From Candidatus Undinarchaeota archaeon (GTDB lineage: Archaea > SpSt-1190 > JASMDC01): a stretch of 64,000 nucleotides of DNA. Both the position numbers and the translations under genes were made by a program. Shown one piece after another: positions 10,205 to 20,405 of the stretch. Position 1 is the first letter of the stretch. Every line of letters begins with the position of its first letter. The notes beneath the pieces were generated by a model. It was not told the origin of the DNA. It ran no database searches and saw only the letters and a list, made by a program, of their open reading frames with translations. The stretch spans positions 96,001 through 160,000 of the forward strand of contig CAZFHY010000004.1 in the NCBI GenBank assembly GCA_964519305.1, written 5' to 3'.

Positions 10205-10654
10205 ATGTCGGCCCCTCTCAAGGAGATCACACTACGTAAGTACGAGCGCCCCCGAGCTGCCCAAGAGAGGGAGCTCTTCCGCCGCATCTGCCTCTCGCTC
10301 GGCGTGCTCCAGCCCAACGATCGGCGTGACACCGTTGTTGACGTGCTCCATGCCCTGTTCCGCACCTATGCCAGAGGGGAACAGCCCAATTTAGAGGAGC
10401 TCATGGACGAGTTGAAGGCCATGGACGTTACTGAAGGCCTGGCTGCCTCGAACCTGCGTCGCCACCTAAGGCGGTTAGCGGCCCTTCATCTGGTCGAGCG
10501 GTCGAAGAACCGGTACCGTTTCACTGAGGGCGTTAGCCCCGTGGAGGCGTTCTCGTTCACCAGACGCTACCTCATCGACGACGTCACGGAACGGATCGAG
10601 GAATACCTTCGAGCTGGCGAAGAGGCCGTCGGCATCGAGAGAGATGGACCCTAA
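10205..10654 (+). CDS. Winged-helix (ArsR-like) putative transcription regulator
   Basis: SNLRRHLRRL..LHLVE helix-wing pattern; AT-rich promoter upstream. Confidence 0.7.
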   Translation: MSAPLKEITLRKYERPRAAQERELFRRICLSLGVLQPNDRRDTVVDVLHALFRTYARGEQPNLEELMDELKAMDVTEGLAASNLRRHLRRLAALHLVERSKNRYRFTEGVSPVEAFSFTRRYLIDDVTERIEEYLRAGEEAVGIERDGP

Positions 10655-10713
10655 GGACCACCCACACAGTGCGATATGGATGTAATCCGTGCTGATAGCG
10701 TGGGACAAGAGTA

Positions 10714-13260
10714 CTAGAACCGGGCCAGGTACTCTTCCTTCTTACGATCGTAGTCCTCCGGCATGATGAGGCCGTTGTCCAAGAGCTCCTTGAGGGTCTT
10801 GAGCTTCTCCATCAGTTCTTTGCGGTCGATGGTCTCGTACCGGACCGCCTGTGAGACTGCCTGACGCGAGTAGGGGCTGCCCGAATCCTGTAGGGTAGCG
10901 GGCACAGCGGCCTGAGCAGGACCGGTTGTCGGAGCTACTTCCGCGGCGGTCGTGGCCGCGGTCCCTTCTATGAGATGGGTAATGGAAGGCCGGACGCTCG
11001 TGGTGTACGTGCGGTAGACGGAGAGCTTCAGTGAATCGAATCCTGCTGGATTCTCCTGGTCGGCCACGGTGATGCCCATAACGCTGCCATCCACGGCGCG
11101 AGCGATAGGGGCCCGCTTGAGGTATGTCAACAAGAGCGTGAGCAGGAGGCATCCTGCCACCAGAAGGGTCGTGGTGTCGCCCAGGGCAGAAGTCACACCT
11201 GTCGCTTGTGTTGGCTGAGTGGGTGCTGCGGGTACGGGCGTCGGGGTCGTGGCAGATGTAGCTACAGCAGCTGCCTCCGGGACAGGTGTCCCGGTAGGCG
11301 GATTCGCCACGCTCGCATCCACAGTGGGCTCGGGCGTGGCCTCGGTCGCGGCCGCTTCTGGCTCCGGGGTGGTCTCCTGGACGACGGCTTGGAGAGTAGG
11401 CTCGGGAGTGACCTGTGCCGGATCGGCGGATAGCAGGTACTGGTACCCCACGCCATTGCTCTGTGCATCCATGACCAGGTCCCACTCTCCGGCCTCCAGC
11501 ACGTTGAAAGTGGCCTCAAAGCGGTCGTCGCCGACTGGTTGCCAGTCGAGGTTGATAATGGCGGCGTCCGGCCCCTTCATTCGGGAGATACTGGAGTTAG
11601 CTGTGGTGATCCCCAGACCGGGCGGGAACGTCCAGGCCAGCTGATAGGTCCACCCCGGCTCCAGAGCAGCGGTGTAGCACAGGACACCCTCACGTGTCGA
11701 ACCCCCGCTGTCGCCAGTGATGAACACCTCAGCACCGGGCGTCAGGGCGGTCCCGTTGGCAGGGTAGACCTTGATGACGTCGTAGAGGGCCTTGCATTCA
11801 CCGGCAGCACAGCATACCTCGCCATCGACGCACTGGTCGTCGGTCGTGCAACAGACCTTGTCGGCAGCACAGCATACCTCGTTGGTGCAATGGCTCGTGT
11901 CGCACTCAGCGTCCTGAGTGCATGAATCGCCTTCGGTACGGACCCGACACGAATGCGTATCGAGGTCGCAGATACCCTGCGAGCAGTCCCCATCGGATCC
12001 ACAGCACGTCTCGTCGGCAGCACAGCACACACTGTTACCGCAGTTACTAGAGGTGCAGTCGCTGGCCGCATCACAGACCGATCCATCAGAACCATCGGTG
12101 CATGCGCCCCCCGCACAGATACCCGAACCGCACTGGTTGTCGCGCTCGCATGTCTCGCCCAGGTCCAGCCGGGCGGCGAAGAGGCGAACCTTTGTACCCA
12201 GACGCACCGCGACCATGCGGTCGCCGTTAGAATGCACGACCTTCACCTGGGTCGCACCCGTGCCTCCACCTGAGATGTACAGGGGTGACGATGAGAGCTT
12301 GCCGCTGTCGATAATGCTCTCGACGAGCGAGCTGTCGGAGGCGTTGCCCGACACCAGGGATGGATGGGATTCATTGAGCACCCCGACATCGAACGCGCCC
12401 GAGGCGGGCGTTTCGACACTCCTCCGCTCGCACGAGGAGCTGTCGCAGCTGTAGACGTAAAGGTTTGTTTCGCTCCTTGTCACAAGCTCGCTCTTCCCAT
12501 CGCCGTCAAGGTCGCCGACGGCCGTGTAGGTTCCGAGGAAGTCGCCGTCCTGGATGTCCTCGGGATCGACGGAGCTCCCGTCATTGGTCTTGTCGCACCG
12601 GTTGCTCTCGCAGGCGAGCACGTTGCGGGCAGCTAGTACCTCGTTCTTCCCGTCATTGTCCACGTCCACGATATCGATGTCGTCGACGGTACCCTTCATC
12701 TCGTAGAACCATTGGTCCATGCACCCGTCGGCGTCGCAAGTGTAACTGATGAGCAGGCCCCAGCTCTTCGTGCCATCGGTGCAAGTTCCCGGGACGCGAC
12801 CGGCACCGCATTCCTTGACGGGATTGGTACCCACCATGAGGATATTGGTGCCATCGTTGTTCACATCGCCAGCAGCGAACCCGACCGCACGGCCACTGTA
12901 AAGGGTCTCGCCCTGGCCTGCCTCGACGCACCGGGAGTTGTCGCACCGGTACACAGAGAAGCCACCCGTCTTCCCCAGATAGATCTCATTGTTCCCGTCG
13001 TTGTCACCATCACCCACTGCCAAGGACCAAACGTCCGAAGCGGTGGCTCCACATGAATAATCGCGCTTACATCCTGCTGCGGAACAGCTGTAAATATCGC
13101 ACGGGAGCACGATGATCTCGTCCTTCCCGTCATTATCGGCGTCACCAACGGTGAACAGGTCACCATCTACGCTCCAGACCTCAGCATAGGTCGCCGCTAC
13201 CGCGGGGGTGGACAGCAGGAGCGTTAAGAGCAGGACAAGCATAGGGATACTACGGGCCAT
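10714..13260 (-). CDS. Surface adhesin-like protein: FG-GAP/VCBS repeats, Cys-rich repeats, P/T/A stalk, TM helix, SHOCT domain
   Basis: Signal peptide from ATG 13260; five GDxDxDGxxE-type loops; C-x5-C-xSxxC repeats; tail LKELLDNGLIMPEDYDRKKEEYL. Confidence 0.8.
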   Translation of the reverse strand: MARSIPMLVLLLTLLLSTPAVAATYAEVWSVDGDLFTVGDADNDGKDEIIVLPCDIYSCSAAGCKRDYSCGATASDVWSLAVGDGDNDGNNEIYLGKTGGFSVYRCDNSRCVEAGQGETLYSGRAVGFAAGDVNNDGTNILMVGTNPVKECGAGRVPGTCTDGTKSWGLLISYTCDADGCMDQWFYEMKGTVDDIDIVDVDNDGKNEVLAARNVLACESNRCDKTNDGSSVDPEDIQDGDFLGTYTAVGDLDGDGKSELVTRSETNLYVYSCDSSSCERRSVETPASGAFDVGVLNESHPSLVSGNASDSSLVESIIDSGKLSSSPLYISGGGTGATQVKVVHSNGDRMVAVRLGTKVRLFAARLDLGETCERDNQCGSGICAGGACTDGSDGSVCDAASDCTSSNCGNSVCCAADETCCGSDGDCSQGICDLDTHSCRVRTEGDSCTQDAECDTSHCTNEVCCAADKVCCTTDDQCVDGEVCCAAGECKALYDVIKVYPANGTALTPGAEVFITGDSGGSTREGVLCYTAALEPGWTYQLAWTFPPGLGITTANSSISRMKGPDAAIINLDWQPVGDDRFEATFNVLEAGEWDLVMDAQSNGVGYQYLLSADPAQVTPEPTLQAVVQETTPEPEAAATEATPEPTVDASVANPPTGTPVPEAAAVATSATTPTPVPAAPTQPTQATGVTSALGDTTTLLVAGCLLLTLLLTYLKRAPIARAVDGSVMGITVADQENPAGFDSLKLSVYRTYTTSVRPSITHLIEGTAATTAAEVAPTTGPAQAAVPATLQDSGSPYSRQAVSQAVRYETIDRKELMEKLKTLKELLDNGLIMPEDYDRKKEEYLARF

Positions 13261-13342
13261 TGTACTCACCGGGGGGGTACCCTTTGAAAATGGGCAACCA
13301 AAGTATATAAAAACATGGATAGGGCTGCGGAGAGCTGCGACC

Positions 13343-14254
13343 ATGCTCCCCCTTCAGACCTACGTCACGTTCCTCGGGCTAGTGGCCGCAGGCCATCTTC
13401 TACGAAGGAAAGGGATTCTCTCGGAAGAACTGGTCCGGCGGGCGCTTCTGGTACTGTTCTTCGTGTTCATCCCTGCGTCGGTGCTCACCGGTGCCGCCGG
13501 GCTCGAGCTGGACGTTGCCTTCTCACTATGGCGACTCGGGCTGGTTGCTGTGGGCCAGTACATAGTGTTCTTAGGACTTACTCTGGCCACCGCTCGTGCG
13601 TTCGGGCTCTCGGGCGCGTCCCGGGATACGCTCGTTTTCCTCGTGGCGCACCACAACGGCATATTCGTCCCGCTCCCCTTCATCCGTTCAGCTGCCGGGG
13701 AGGCTGGGGCGCTGGCCGCGGTGTTCTACTCACAGGCCTACTTCCTCACGTTCCTGGTCCTGACCCCGCTGTTCATGGACCGGGACGTGTTCGATCCCCG
13801 CGCTGTGTACGCACAGTTCTGGCCGCTCCTGGCCGCCATGGCACTTGCGGTCATCGTGGTGCTCGCACCGGGTTCCCCACCGGACCGCCTTGTACGCCTT
13901 GCTGTCCCAGTACTCTCCCGCATCGCTGCTGCCACCGGACCTCTGGCCCTGTTCGTCGTGGGTGCAAGCCTCCGCCCGGCCCCTGGTGGTATCGGGATGG
14001 ACCGTGTCACTGCATTAGCAGTCGGGCTGCGTCTGGTCGTCGGCGCGTTCCTGGGCGTGACTGTGTCCCGCCTGGTGGACCTCCCTCTCGCATGGCGCAC
14101 CTGTATAGCTGTGGAGTTCGCCAGCGCCAGCGCCACGGTGAACGTCATCCTCATCGAACGGCTCGGGCTGGAGGCCGAGGTAGGGGCCCGTGCGGTGTTC
14201 TTCACCACCATAATCTCGACCATCACCATCCCGATCGTGCTCGCCCTCGTCTAG
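13343..14254 (+). CDS. AEC (auxin efflux carrier) family transporter
   Basis: About 10 TM; FIPA, NGIFVPLP, PLALFVVG, FFTTIIS...TIP motifs. Confidence 0.85.
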   Translation: MLPLQTYVTFLGLVAAGHLLRRKGILSEELVRRALLVLFFVFIPASVLTGAAGLELDVAFSLWRLGLVAVGQYIVFLGLTLATARAFGLSGASRDTLVFLVAHHNGIFVPLPFIRSAAGEAGALAAVFYSQAYFLTFLVLTPLFMDRDVFDPRAVYAQFWPLLAAMALAVIVVLAPGSPPDRLVRLAVPVLSRIAAATGPLALFVVGASLRPAPGGIGMDRVTALAVGLRLVVGAFLGVTVSRLVDLPLAWRTCIAVEFASASATVNVILIERLGLEAEVGARAVFFTTIISTITIPIVLALV

Positions 14255-14272
14255 GCGAGATATTCTTATAGG

Positions 14273-15286
14273 ATGGCCGCCATCACGCCCACCATGGACG
14301 ATCCCACGGCGGACATCGAGGAACTGCTCCGCCAGGGGAGGGACGCTTTCGAGGAAGGCCGCATCGGCGTTGCTATCGAACGGTTCAAAGATGTCCTGTC
14401 GAGGGATCCTGACGACCCAACAGCGCTCAACAACCTCGGATCATGTCTTGTGCGGGCAGGTCGTTTCGAGGATGCGGTCCGTACTTACTCCGAAGCGCTC
14501 GAGGTGGACGCTACACAACCGGAGACGCTCCTGAACCTCGCCACCGCTCTCGAACGCCTGGTGATCGAGGAGGGAAAGGACGACCATCGGGCCCTCTGGG
14601 TCCGGACCCTTGAGTCCCTGACCCTTGTAGCTCCGAAAAATCCTGATATCTGGATCGATCTGGGAGTGGCCCTCGGCGGTACGGGAGAACAGGCCGAGAA
14701 GTGCTTTCGACGTGTCCTATCTCTTGAGCTGGGACGGCCCGAGGGGGCCGAGCGTCTAGGCGAGGCACTCATCGCACGGGAGGCGTTCGATGAAGCGGAG
14801 GTCGTGTACCGCGAGCTGGTTGAACGCGATCCGAAGAGCGTACTGGGCTGGGCCGGCCTTGGAATAGTCGACTTCCGTCAGGGGAAGCCCGCCTCTGCAG
14901 AGGAGCATCTGCGTCGCGCATTGAAGCTAGATCCGGACAACGAGAAGGCAAATCGGGGCATGGCCTTGGTGCTCGAGGCCACCGAACGACCTGACCTCGC
15001 CATCCTCCATGAAGAACTGTGCGGTATGCTCGCTCCAGAGAGGGTTCCTGACGCTTGGGCAACAGCGGGCGTGCTCCTTGAAGGGAAGGGCGAGATAGCG
15101 CGGGCACGTCGCTGCTTCGCACGGGAGCGGCTCTATCGGGATATCATGCTCCACGAGGCTACAGCACGACTGCGACCGGACGACGCAGAGGTGGCAATGC
15201 GACTGGCCGAGCTCTATTCGTCATATGGTGACGATCGCCGCGCCGCCATGTGGAGAGAGCGTGCCGGGAAGCCCGCCGAAGCATAG
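14273..15286 (+). CDS. Tetratricopeptide repeat protein
   Basis: Repeated ALNNLG / LLNLA / WIDLG / WAGLG ... DP units. Confidence 0.88.
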   Translation: MAAITPTMDDPTADIEELLRQGRDAFEEGRIGVAIERFKDVLSRDPDDPTALNNLGSCLVRAGRFEDAVRTYSEALEVDATQPETLLNLATALERLVIEEGKDDHRALWVRTLESLTLVAPKNPDIWIDLGVALGGTGEQAEKCFRRVLSLELGRPEGAERLGEALIAREAFDEAEVVYRELVERDPKSVLGWAGLGIVDFRQGKPASAEEHLRRALKLDPDNEKANRGMALVLEATERPDLAILHEELCGMLAPERVPDAWATAGVLLEGKGEIARARRCFARERLYRDIMLHEATARLRPDDAEVAMRLAELYSSYGDDRRAAMWRERAGKPAEA

Positions 15287-15319
15287 CATTTAAAAAACAT
15301 AGCCGCGTCCTCGTCCGCG

Positions 15320-16216
15320 GTGCCCATTATGATCCACGACCAAGAGCTTGTCAGTGAGATTCGCCGCCGGTTCGGCCTCAACCTCTACGAGACTAAGGTA
15401 TGGCTCGCCCTTCTTTCGAAAGGGAGCGCAACCGCCGGAGAACTTGCGGACATATCGAACGTACCGCGCTCGCGCACCTATGACGTTCTCGAGAGCCTCG
15501 AATCCAAGAAGTTCATCTCACAGAAGCCGGGCAAGCCCATCAAGTACGTGGTCGTGCCGCCAAAGGACATCATAACGGCCGTCAAGGACTACACTGAGAC
15601 CGAGCGCATGAAACAGCTCGAAGAGGTCGACCGCATCGAGAAGAGCAACGTTCTGGGCAAGCTCAAGGGCCTCTACTCCCAGGGATCCGAGTTCATCGCA
15701 CCTCCCGAGGAATCGGGCGCCGTACGCGGACAGACGAACATGCGCGACCATCTCGATCTGATGATCCGGGACGCCAAGGATTCCATCATCATCCTCACGA
15801 CCTCAGACGGGATCACCTATCTGGCCCAGGAGCACTTCGACGCTTTGAAGAAGGCGAGCAAGAACGGCACCGACATCAAGATGGCCGCCCACCTGAACGA
15901 GACGAACGTAGCGGACGCCAAGCTCCTCCTGAACGTCGGAAAGCTCCGTCACTCTGAGGACATCCACGCCCGAATTTACGTGATCGACAACGACGAGGTC
16001 ATGTTCATGGTGGTGCCCGAGAACGCCGTGCACCCCTCCTACGACACGGGTATCTGGCTGCGGTCCTCCTTCTTCGCCCAGGCGCTAACCGATCTCTTCG
16101 AGCACGCTTATGAGTTCTGGGAGCACGGTGAGAAGGCCATCAAGAAGCTTGATGATAAGATGAAGGCCTCCGAGAAGGCCGCCAGCCGTAAGGACGCTGT
16201 GGTAAACCCTATCTAG
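15320..16216 (+). CDS. TrmB family regulator / chromatin protein (TrmBL2-like); start may be ATG 15329
   Basis: GLNLYE...LADISNVPRSRTYDVLESL wHTH plus effector domain; TTTAAA box just upstream. Confidence 0.9.
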   Translation: MPIMIHDQELVSEIRRRFGLNLYETKVWLALLSKGSATAGELADISNVPRSRTYDVLESLESKKFISQKPGKPIKYVVVPPKDIITAVKDYTETERMKQLEEVDRIEKSNVLGKLKGLYSQGSEFIAPPEESGAVRGQTNMRDHLDLMIRDAKDSIIILTTSDGITYLAQEHFDALKKASKNGTDIKMAAHLNETNVADAKLLLNVGKLRHSEDIHARIYVIDNDEVMFMVVPENAVHPSYDTGIWLRSSFFAQALTDLFEHAYEFWEHGEKAIKKLDDKMKASEKAASRKDAVVNPI

Positions 16217-16271
16217 GGACGCGCCCTCCACGAAAGACTTTAATGTTCTTCCCGCCAGCCCGGGCACTATC

Positions 16272-17411
16272 ATGGCAAAGATCATCGTGCTCGGCGGTGG
16301 GCTCGTAGGCCAGGTCATGGCCCGCGACCTCGCTGCGGACAAGGACATCGACGTGACCGTTGCGGACCTCGATCCTTCCATTAAGGAACAACTCGCTCCA
16401 CACGGTATCGAATTCGTCAAGGCCGACCTATCGGACGCTGACACAGTCACACAGCTCATCCAGGGATACGATCTCGTTATCGGCTCTCTTCCCGGTTTCC
16501 TGGGATTCAAGAACCTCGAGACGGTCATCCGCGCTGGCAAGGACATCGTGGACATCTCGTTCATGCCCGAGGACGCAATGGCGCTGGACGGCCTGGCCAA
16601 GGAACATGGTATCACCGCGGTGGTGGACTGTGGTGTGGCACCCGGGATGAGCAACATGATCCCCGGGTACGTCGACTCCATACTTGACAAGACGACCGAT
16701 CTAACCATCATGGTCGGTGGCCTCCCCAAGGAGCGCAGCTGGCCCTACGAGTACAAGGCTCCGTTCTCCCCAATCGACGTGCTCGAGGAGTACACCCGGC
16801 CCGCGCGGCTCGTGCGCGACGGGAAAGTGGTCGTACTCCCGGCCCTCTCCGAGCCCGAACTGGTGGACTTCCCCGACATCGGAACTCTCGAGGCGTTCAA
16901 CACGGACGGCCTGCGCTCGCTCATCACCACGATCGACGCTCCGAACATGAAGGAGAAGACAATGCGATATCCCGGGCACATCGAGCTCATGCGTGTGCTG
17001 CGGGAGACCGGATTCTTCTCCCAGAAGAAGATCGAGCTCAAGGACGGGACTAAGGTCAAACCGCTCGACCTCACAACGCGTCTCCTCTTCCCTATGTGGA
17101 AGCTTGGGCCGGAGGACCGCGAGTTCACGGTCATGCGTGTCGAGGTCTCGGGTCTAAAGGACGACAAGCAGGTCACTTATGTCTACGACCTGATGGACCG
17201 GTACGATGAGAACACGGGATTCTCCTCGATGTCACGGACAACGGGTTTCCCGGCGGTCATCATGGCCCGCCAGGTCCTTGCCGGCCGCTTCACGGATAAG
17301 GGTGTGTTCCCACCTGAGTTCCTCGGACGCGACCACGAGCTCTTCCGGCTCTTACTTGCCGAGCTTACAAAGCGTGGCGTTGAGTTCACCGAGCGTATCG
17401 AGTCCGCGTGA
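16272..17411 (+). CDS. Saccharopine dehydrogenase family oxidoreductase (lysine 6-dehydrogenase-like)
   Basis: LGGGLVG Rossmann motif, DCGVAPGMSN, EAFNTDGLRSL, RYPGH, MSRTTGF. Confidence 0.88.
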   Translation: MAKIIVLGGGLVGQVMARDLAADKDIDVTVADLDPSIKEQLAPHGIEFVKADLSDADTVTQLIQGYDLVIGSLPGFLGFKNLETVIRAGKDIVDISFMPEDAMALDGLAKEHGITAVVDCGVAPGMSNMIPGYVDSILDKTTDLTIMVGGLPKERSWPYEYKAPFSPIDVLEEYTRPARLVRDGKVVVLPALSEPELVDFPDIGTLEAFNTDGLRSLITTIDAPNMKEKTMRYPGHIELMRVLRETGFFSQKKIELKDGTKVKPLDLTTRLLFPMWKLGPEDREFTVMRVEVSGLKDDKQVTYVYDLMDRYDENTGFSSMSRTTGFPAVIMARQVLAGRFTDKGVFPPEFLGRDHELFRLLLAELTKRGVEFTERIESA

Positions 17412-17442
17412 ACCAGTCGACGGAACGCGTATGTGATGGGCG

Positions 17443-18711
17443 TCAGCCCCATCGGGTCCGCGGGGGGCGGTTGGACATACGGTCCAGCCGCGCCTCGTTC
17501 CGCTCCTCCAGCACGACGTTGTGGAGTTCATGAGGATTGGTGATATGGTAGAACCGTCCTCCGGCTATACGGGTTAACGTACGACCGATATCCTCCCCTT
17601 CCTCGGAGAGCTCGATGCCTACTAACGAGATGGTGATATCAGCGGCAGCGGTTATGGAGGCCTCCTCGTAGGAACGCTCCACCGGGTCCTCGTCCCCGGT
17701 GGTGGGAATGGCGTCCGAGATCACTATGATGTGACGGCCTCTATGCGGTGTCGATGCGTCCATGAGCATCTCTCGTCCGGCCCGGATGGCGGCAGCGATA
17801 TCGGTACCTAGGGCCGGACTGAGGGCCGCTACTTCCCGGGCCACCTGCTCCACCTGTGGTGTCGGCTCCACTACCCGTGTAGGTCTGACGTTGAACGCCA
17901 CGACGCCCACGCGGTCACCTGACTTCGTGCCCGTGAACGCGAGACCGACAGCGGCCTTCTTACCAGCATCGAGCTTGTCACCATGCATGCTCCCGGAGAC
18001 GTCCAAGGCATACACGATGTCCAATGAGACGCTGCGTGTGCGCTCGTACACACGAAGATCATCGGTCCGGGGGAAGTTGCGTCCCCTCACCACCGCACGC
18101 TTGAGGCTCTGGCGCACGGATATATCCCTATAGGAGTCACCCTTACGATAGGGGCGAATGGACATGGGGTACCCGTGCTCACGCTCCCCTAATGTATGGA
18201 TCGCATGGTCGCCGCGACCCATCCGGGAGAGCCCTTCCAGCTCGTCGATGAGGAGGCTCACAGCGGCCAGCTCTTCTCCCTGCTCGCTGATCTCGAATCC
18301 CTCTCCCTCGCGTGCCGAAAAATAACCGGCCTGCATCATAGCGCCGACCTGTTCATCAATGCGCCGGGTAAGCTCACCCTTGCGATCAGGATGGCCCTCG
18401 TACGCATCGAAGTCCAACACCATGAGCCCTGTCATCGCTTCCAAGAACGGCTCGCCGTACACGCCCACGGCTGCCTTCGTATTGGAGGTCAGGAGCCTGG
18501 CGAGATGGGACGGATCGAAGGACGAGACGCCCCGGTTCATCATGGTGCGCAGGACCTGAGCATCCTGGCTCTCCTTGCTGGCAGCATCCAAGAGGCGCTG
18601 CCTCTCCTGAGGCTCGAGTCCATCGAAATAGGATAGGTCGATATCCGTCGGCGGATTGCCCCCACTGCCCTTCCCATCACCCGGAGGAGCGTCCTCCGGC
18701 TCATCGCTCAC
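17443..18711 (-). CDS. von Willebrand factor A domain protein (chelatase D-like partner)
   Basis: MIDAS DVSGSM, GTDI, ISD; DISVRQSLKRA motif; ATGA/GTGA overlap with the AAA gene. Confidence 0.88.
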   Translation of the reverse strand: MSDEPEDAPPGDGKGSGGNPPTDIDLSYFDGLEPQERQRLLDAASKESQDAQVLRTMMNRGVSSFDPSHLARLLTSNTKAAVGVYGEPFLEAMTGLMVLDFDAYEGHPDRKGELTRRIDEQVGAMMQAGYFSAREGEGFEISEQGEELAAVSLLIDELEGLSRMGRGDHAIHTLGEREHGYPMSIRPYRKGDSYRDISVRQSLKRAVVRGRNFPRTDDLRVYERTRSVSLDIVYALDVSGSMHGDKLDAGKKAAVGLAFTGTKSGDRVGVVAFNVRPTRVVEPTPQVEQVAREVAALSPALGTDIAAAIRAGREMLMDASTPHRGRHIIVISDAIPTTGDEDPVERSYEEASITAAADITISLVGIELSEEGEDIGRTLTRIAGGRFYHITNPHELHNVVLEERNEARLDRMSNRPPRTRWG

Positions 18712-19748
18712 GCTCGTTTTTTTTTTGCTTCGCGGAGAGCGGTGTCCACTATTTCCCCGAGGACCTCTTCGGGGCTCTTGACGTGGCTCACACGGCCGGA
18801 TAGATGGATGCGATGGGCCAGCACGGACTCCACGACGTCCAGTACATCCTGTTGTGTGACCTTGTCGCGGCCTTGTAGCATGGCGTTCGTCTGTGCCCGC
18901 TCATACAATCCGATCGAGGCACGGACACCAGCAGGTCGCTCGATGTCCTTGTGGTCGCGGGTAGCCCGGACGATGGCGATCATGAGTGCTAGCAGGTCAT
19001 CGGGGACCGTAAGCCCCTCCACGGCCTTACCGCGTTCCAGGACGATATTACGCTCGTCGTCGGTTGTAGCGGGGTAGGTCATGGTCGTGGTGTCGAACCG
19101 GTCCAGCAGTACCTCCGAGAGCTTCTCGGTACCCACGTACTCGGACGGATTCATGGTGGCGATAAGGATGAACCGGGCCGGGTAGTCCACGTCGTAACCG
19201 CCAAGTGTCGCGACACCCTCCTCGAGCACCTGGAGCAGCGCGTTCTGGAGCCGTTCAGGGCACCGGTTGAGCTCGTCAAAGAAGAGCACACCGCGGTTGG
19301 CCTTCAGGAGCTTGCCCGGAGTGAACGCCCGGGGATCGGTCGGACCGTACTTCATGGCCTTCACGGGATCTATATCACCAAGAAGGTCCTCGGCCTGGAG
19401 GTCCGGGCTCCCTTGGACACGGATGAACCGCTGGGCGCCGGTGACCTTCATCTTCTTCGCCTCACCCTCCCTTGAGCGACATAATGGGCATACAGGCCGT
19501 TCGGGATCGCAATGATAGGGACAGCCCTCAACCGCCTTCACGGAAGGCAGTAGCCCAGCTATCGTGCGGGCGAGCGTGGTCTTTCCGACACCGGGATAAC
19601 CCTTGATTATGATGTGACGTCCGGCAAGAATCGCCGAGAGCACATCGCGCTTGGTCCCACTCTGGCCGATGATCCCAGGTATGTCGATACCCTCGTCCCG
19701 CGTCCGTTCCCGCAGGGCCGTGAGGAGCTCGTCCACGGGTGTGCCCAT
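18708..19748 (-). CDS. AAA+ ATPase, Mg-chelatase ChlI/MoxR-like
   Basis: GYPGVGKT, GCPYHCDP, ANRGVLFFDELNR, ATMNP, LLDRF; start ATG 19748. Confidence 0.9.
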   Translation of the reverse strand: MGTPVDELLTALRERTRDEGIDIPGIIGQSGTKRDVLSAILAGRHIIIKGYPGVGKTTLARTIAGLLPSVKAVEGCPYHCDPERPVCPLCRSREGEAKKMKVTGAQRFIRVQGSPDLQAEDLLGDIDPVKAMKYGPTDPRAFTPGKLLKANRGVLFFDELNRCPERLQNALLQVLEEGVATLGGYDVDYPARFILIATMNPSEYVGTEKLSEVLLDRFDTTTMTYPATTDDERNIVLERGKAVEGLTVPDDLLALMIAIVRATRDHKDIERPAGVRASIGLYERAQTNAMLQGRDKVTQQDVLDVVESVLAHRIHLSGRVSHVKSPEEVLGEIVDTALREAKKKRA

Positions 19749-19788
19749 GGGACTAAAATTGATAAAGCTTGGGAACCCTAGCCTTTCC

Positions 19789-20157
19789 GTGCCCACGGGG
19801 ACCCTGTACTTCAAGGCCAAGATCGCCGAGCTCAACGACCGCATCGAGACCCTCAAGGTAGAGAACGATACGCTCACAGCCAAGCTCCGCGAGGCCGAAG
19901 CACGAAGAATCAATGCTGACGTACGTCGCTCTGCCGCTACCGTGTCGACGGAGGACATTGAGTCCAAGCTTGTAGAGTCAGAGGAGCGACGTGCTCTGGA
20001 GATCGAACGTATCCACGAGCTCGAAGAACAGCTCAGGCAGCTGGAGGGGAAACAGGCAGAGTACGAGTCCCTCATCGCCGAACTCATGGAAAAGAGGGTC
20101 GAGAGCCTCTCCCGGAATGTGAAGGAGCTTGGCGCCGAGTTCGCGGATGAAGAGTGA
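19789..20157 (+). CDS. Coiled-coil hypothetical protein (start uncertain)
   Basis: Heptad E/K/L-rich ORF; GTG shortly after an AT-rich box shared with the divergent AAA gene. Confidence 0.6.
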   Translation: MPTGTLYFKAKIAELNDRIETLKVENDTLTAKLREAEARRINADVRRSAATVSTEDIESKLVESEERRALEIERIHELEEQLRQLEGKQAEYESLIAELMEKRVESLSRNVKELGAEFADEE

Positions 20158-20175
20158 CCTCTTTATTGTAGGTTC

Positions 20176-20195
20176 TGCCCCCGCGCACGGGGGCA
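20176..20195. terminator. Perfect 8-bp hairpin between convergent CDS and tRNA
   Basis: TGCCCCCG-CGCA-CGGGGGCA. Confidence 0.5.
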
Positions 20196-20203
20196 ATAAG
20201 AAA

Positions 20204-20278
20204 TGCGACTGCCGGGATTTGAACCCGGGCAGCAGGCTTGGGAAGCCTGAGTCCTAGACCAGACTGGACCACAGTCGC
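20204..20278 (-). tRNA. tRNA-Gly(CCC), intronless, CCA not encoded
   Basis: GCGACTG/CAGTCGC acceptor stem, CAGGC-TTCCCAA-GCCTG anticodon arm, GGTTCAAATCC T-arm. Confidence 0.96.
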
Positions 20279-20405
20279 AACCATCTCCTTTCGATGAATA
20301 CATTAAAACCTTTTGGAAGGGCAGGAACGGACCGCGGCACTGGAATCTATTCGTACTCCTTTGAAGAAAGTGGGTATCGATACCAGTAGATTCGAAGGTC
20401 AACGA

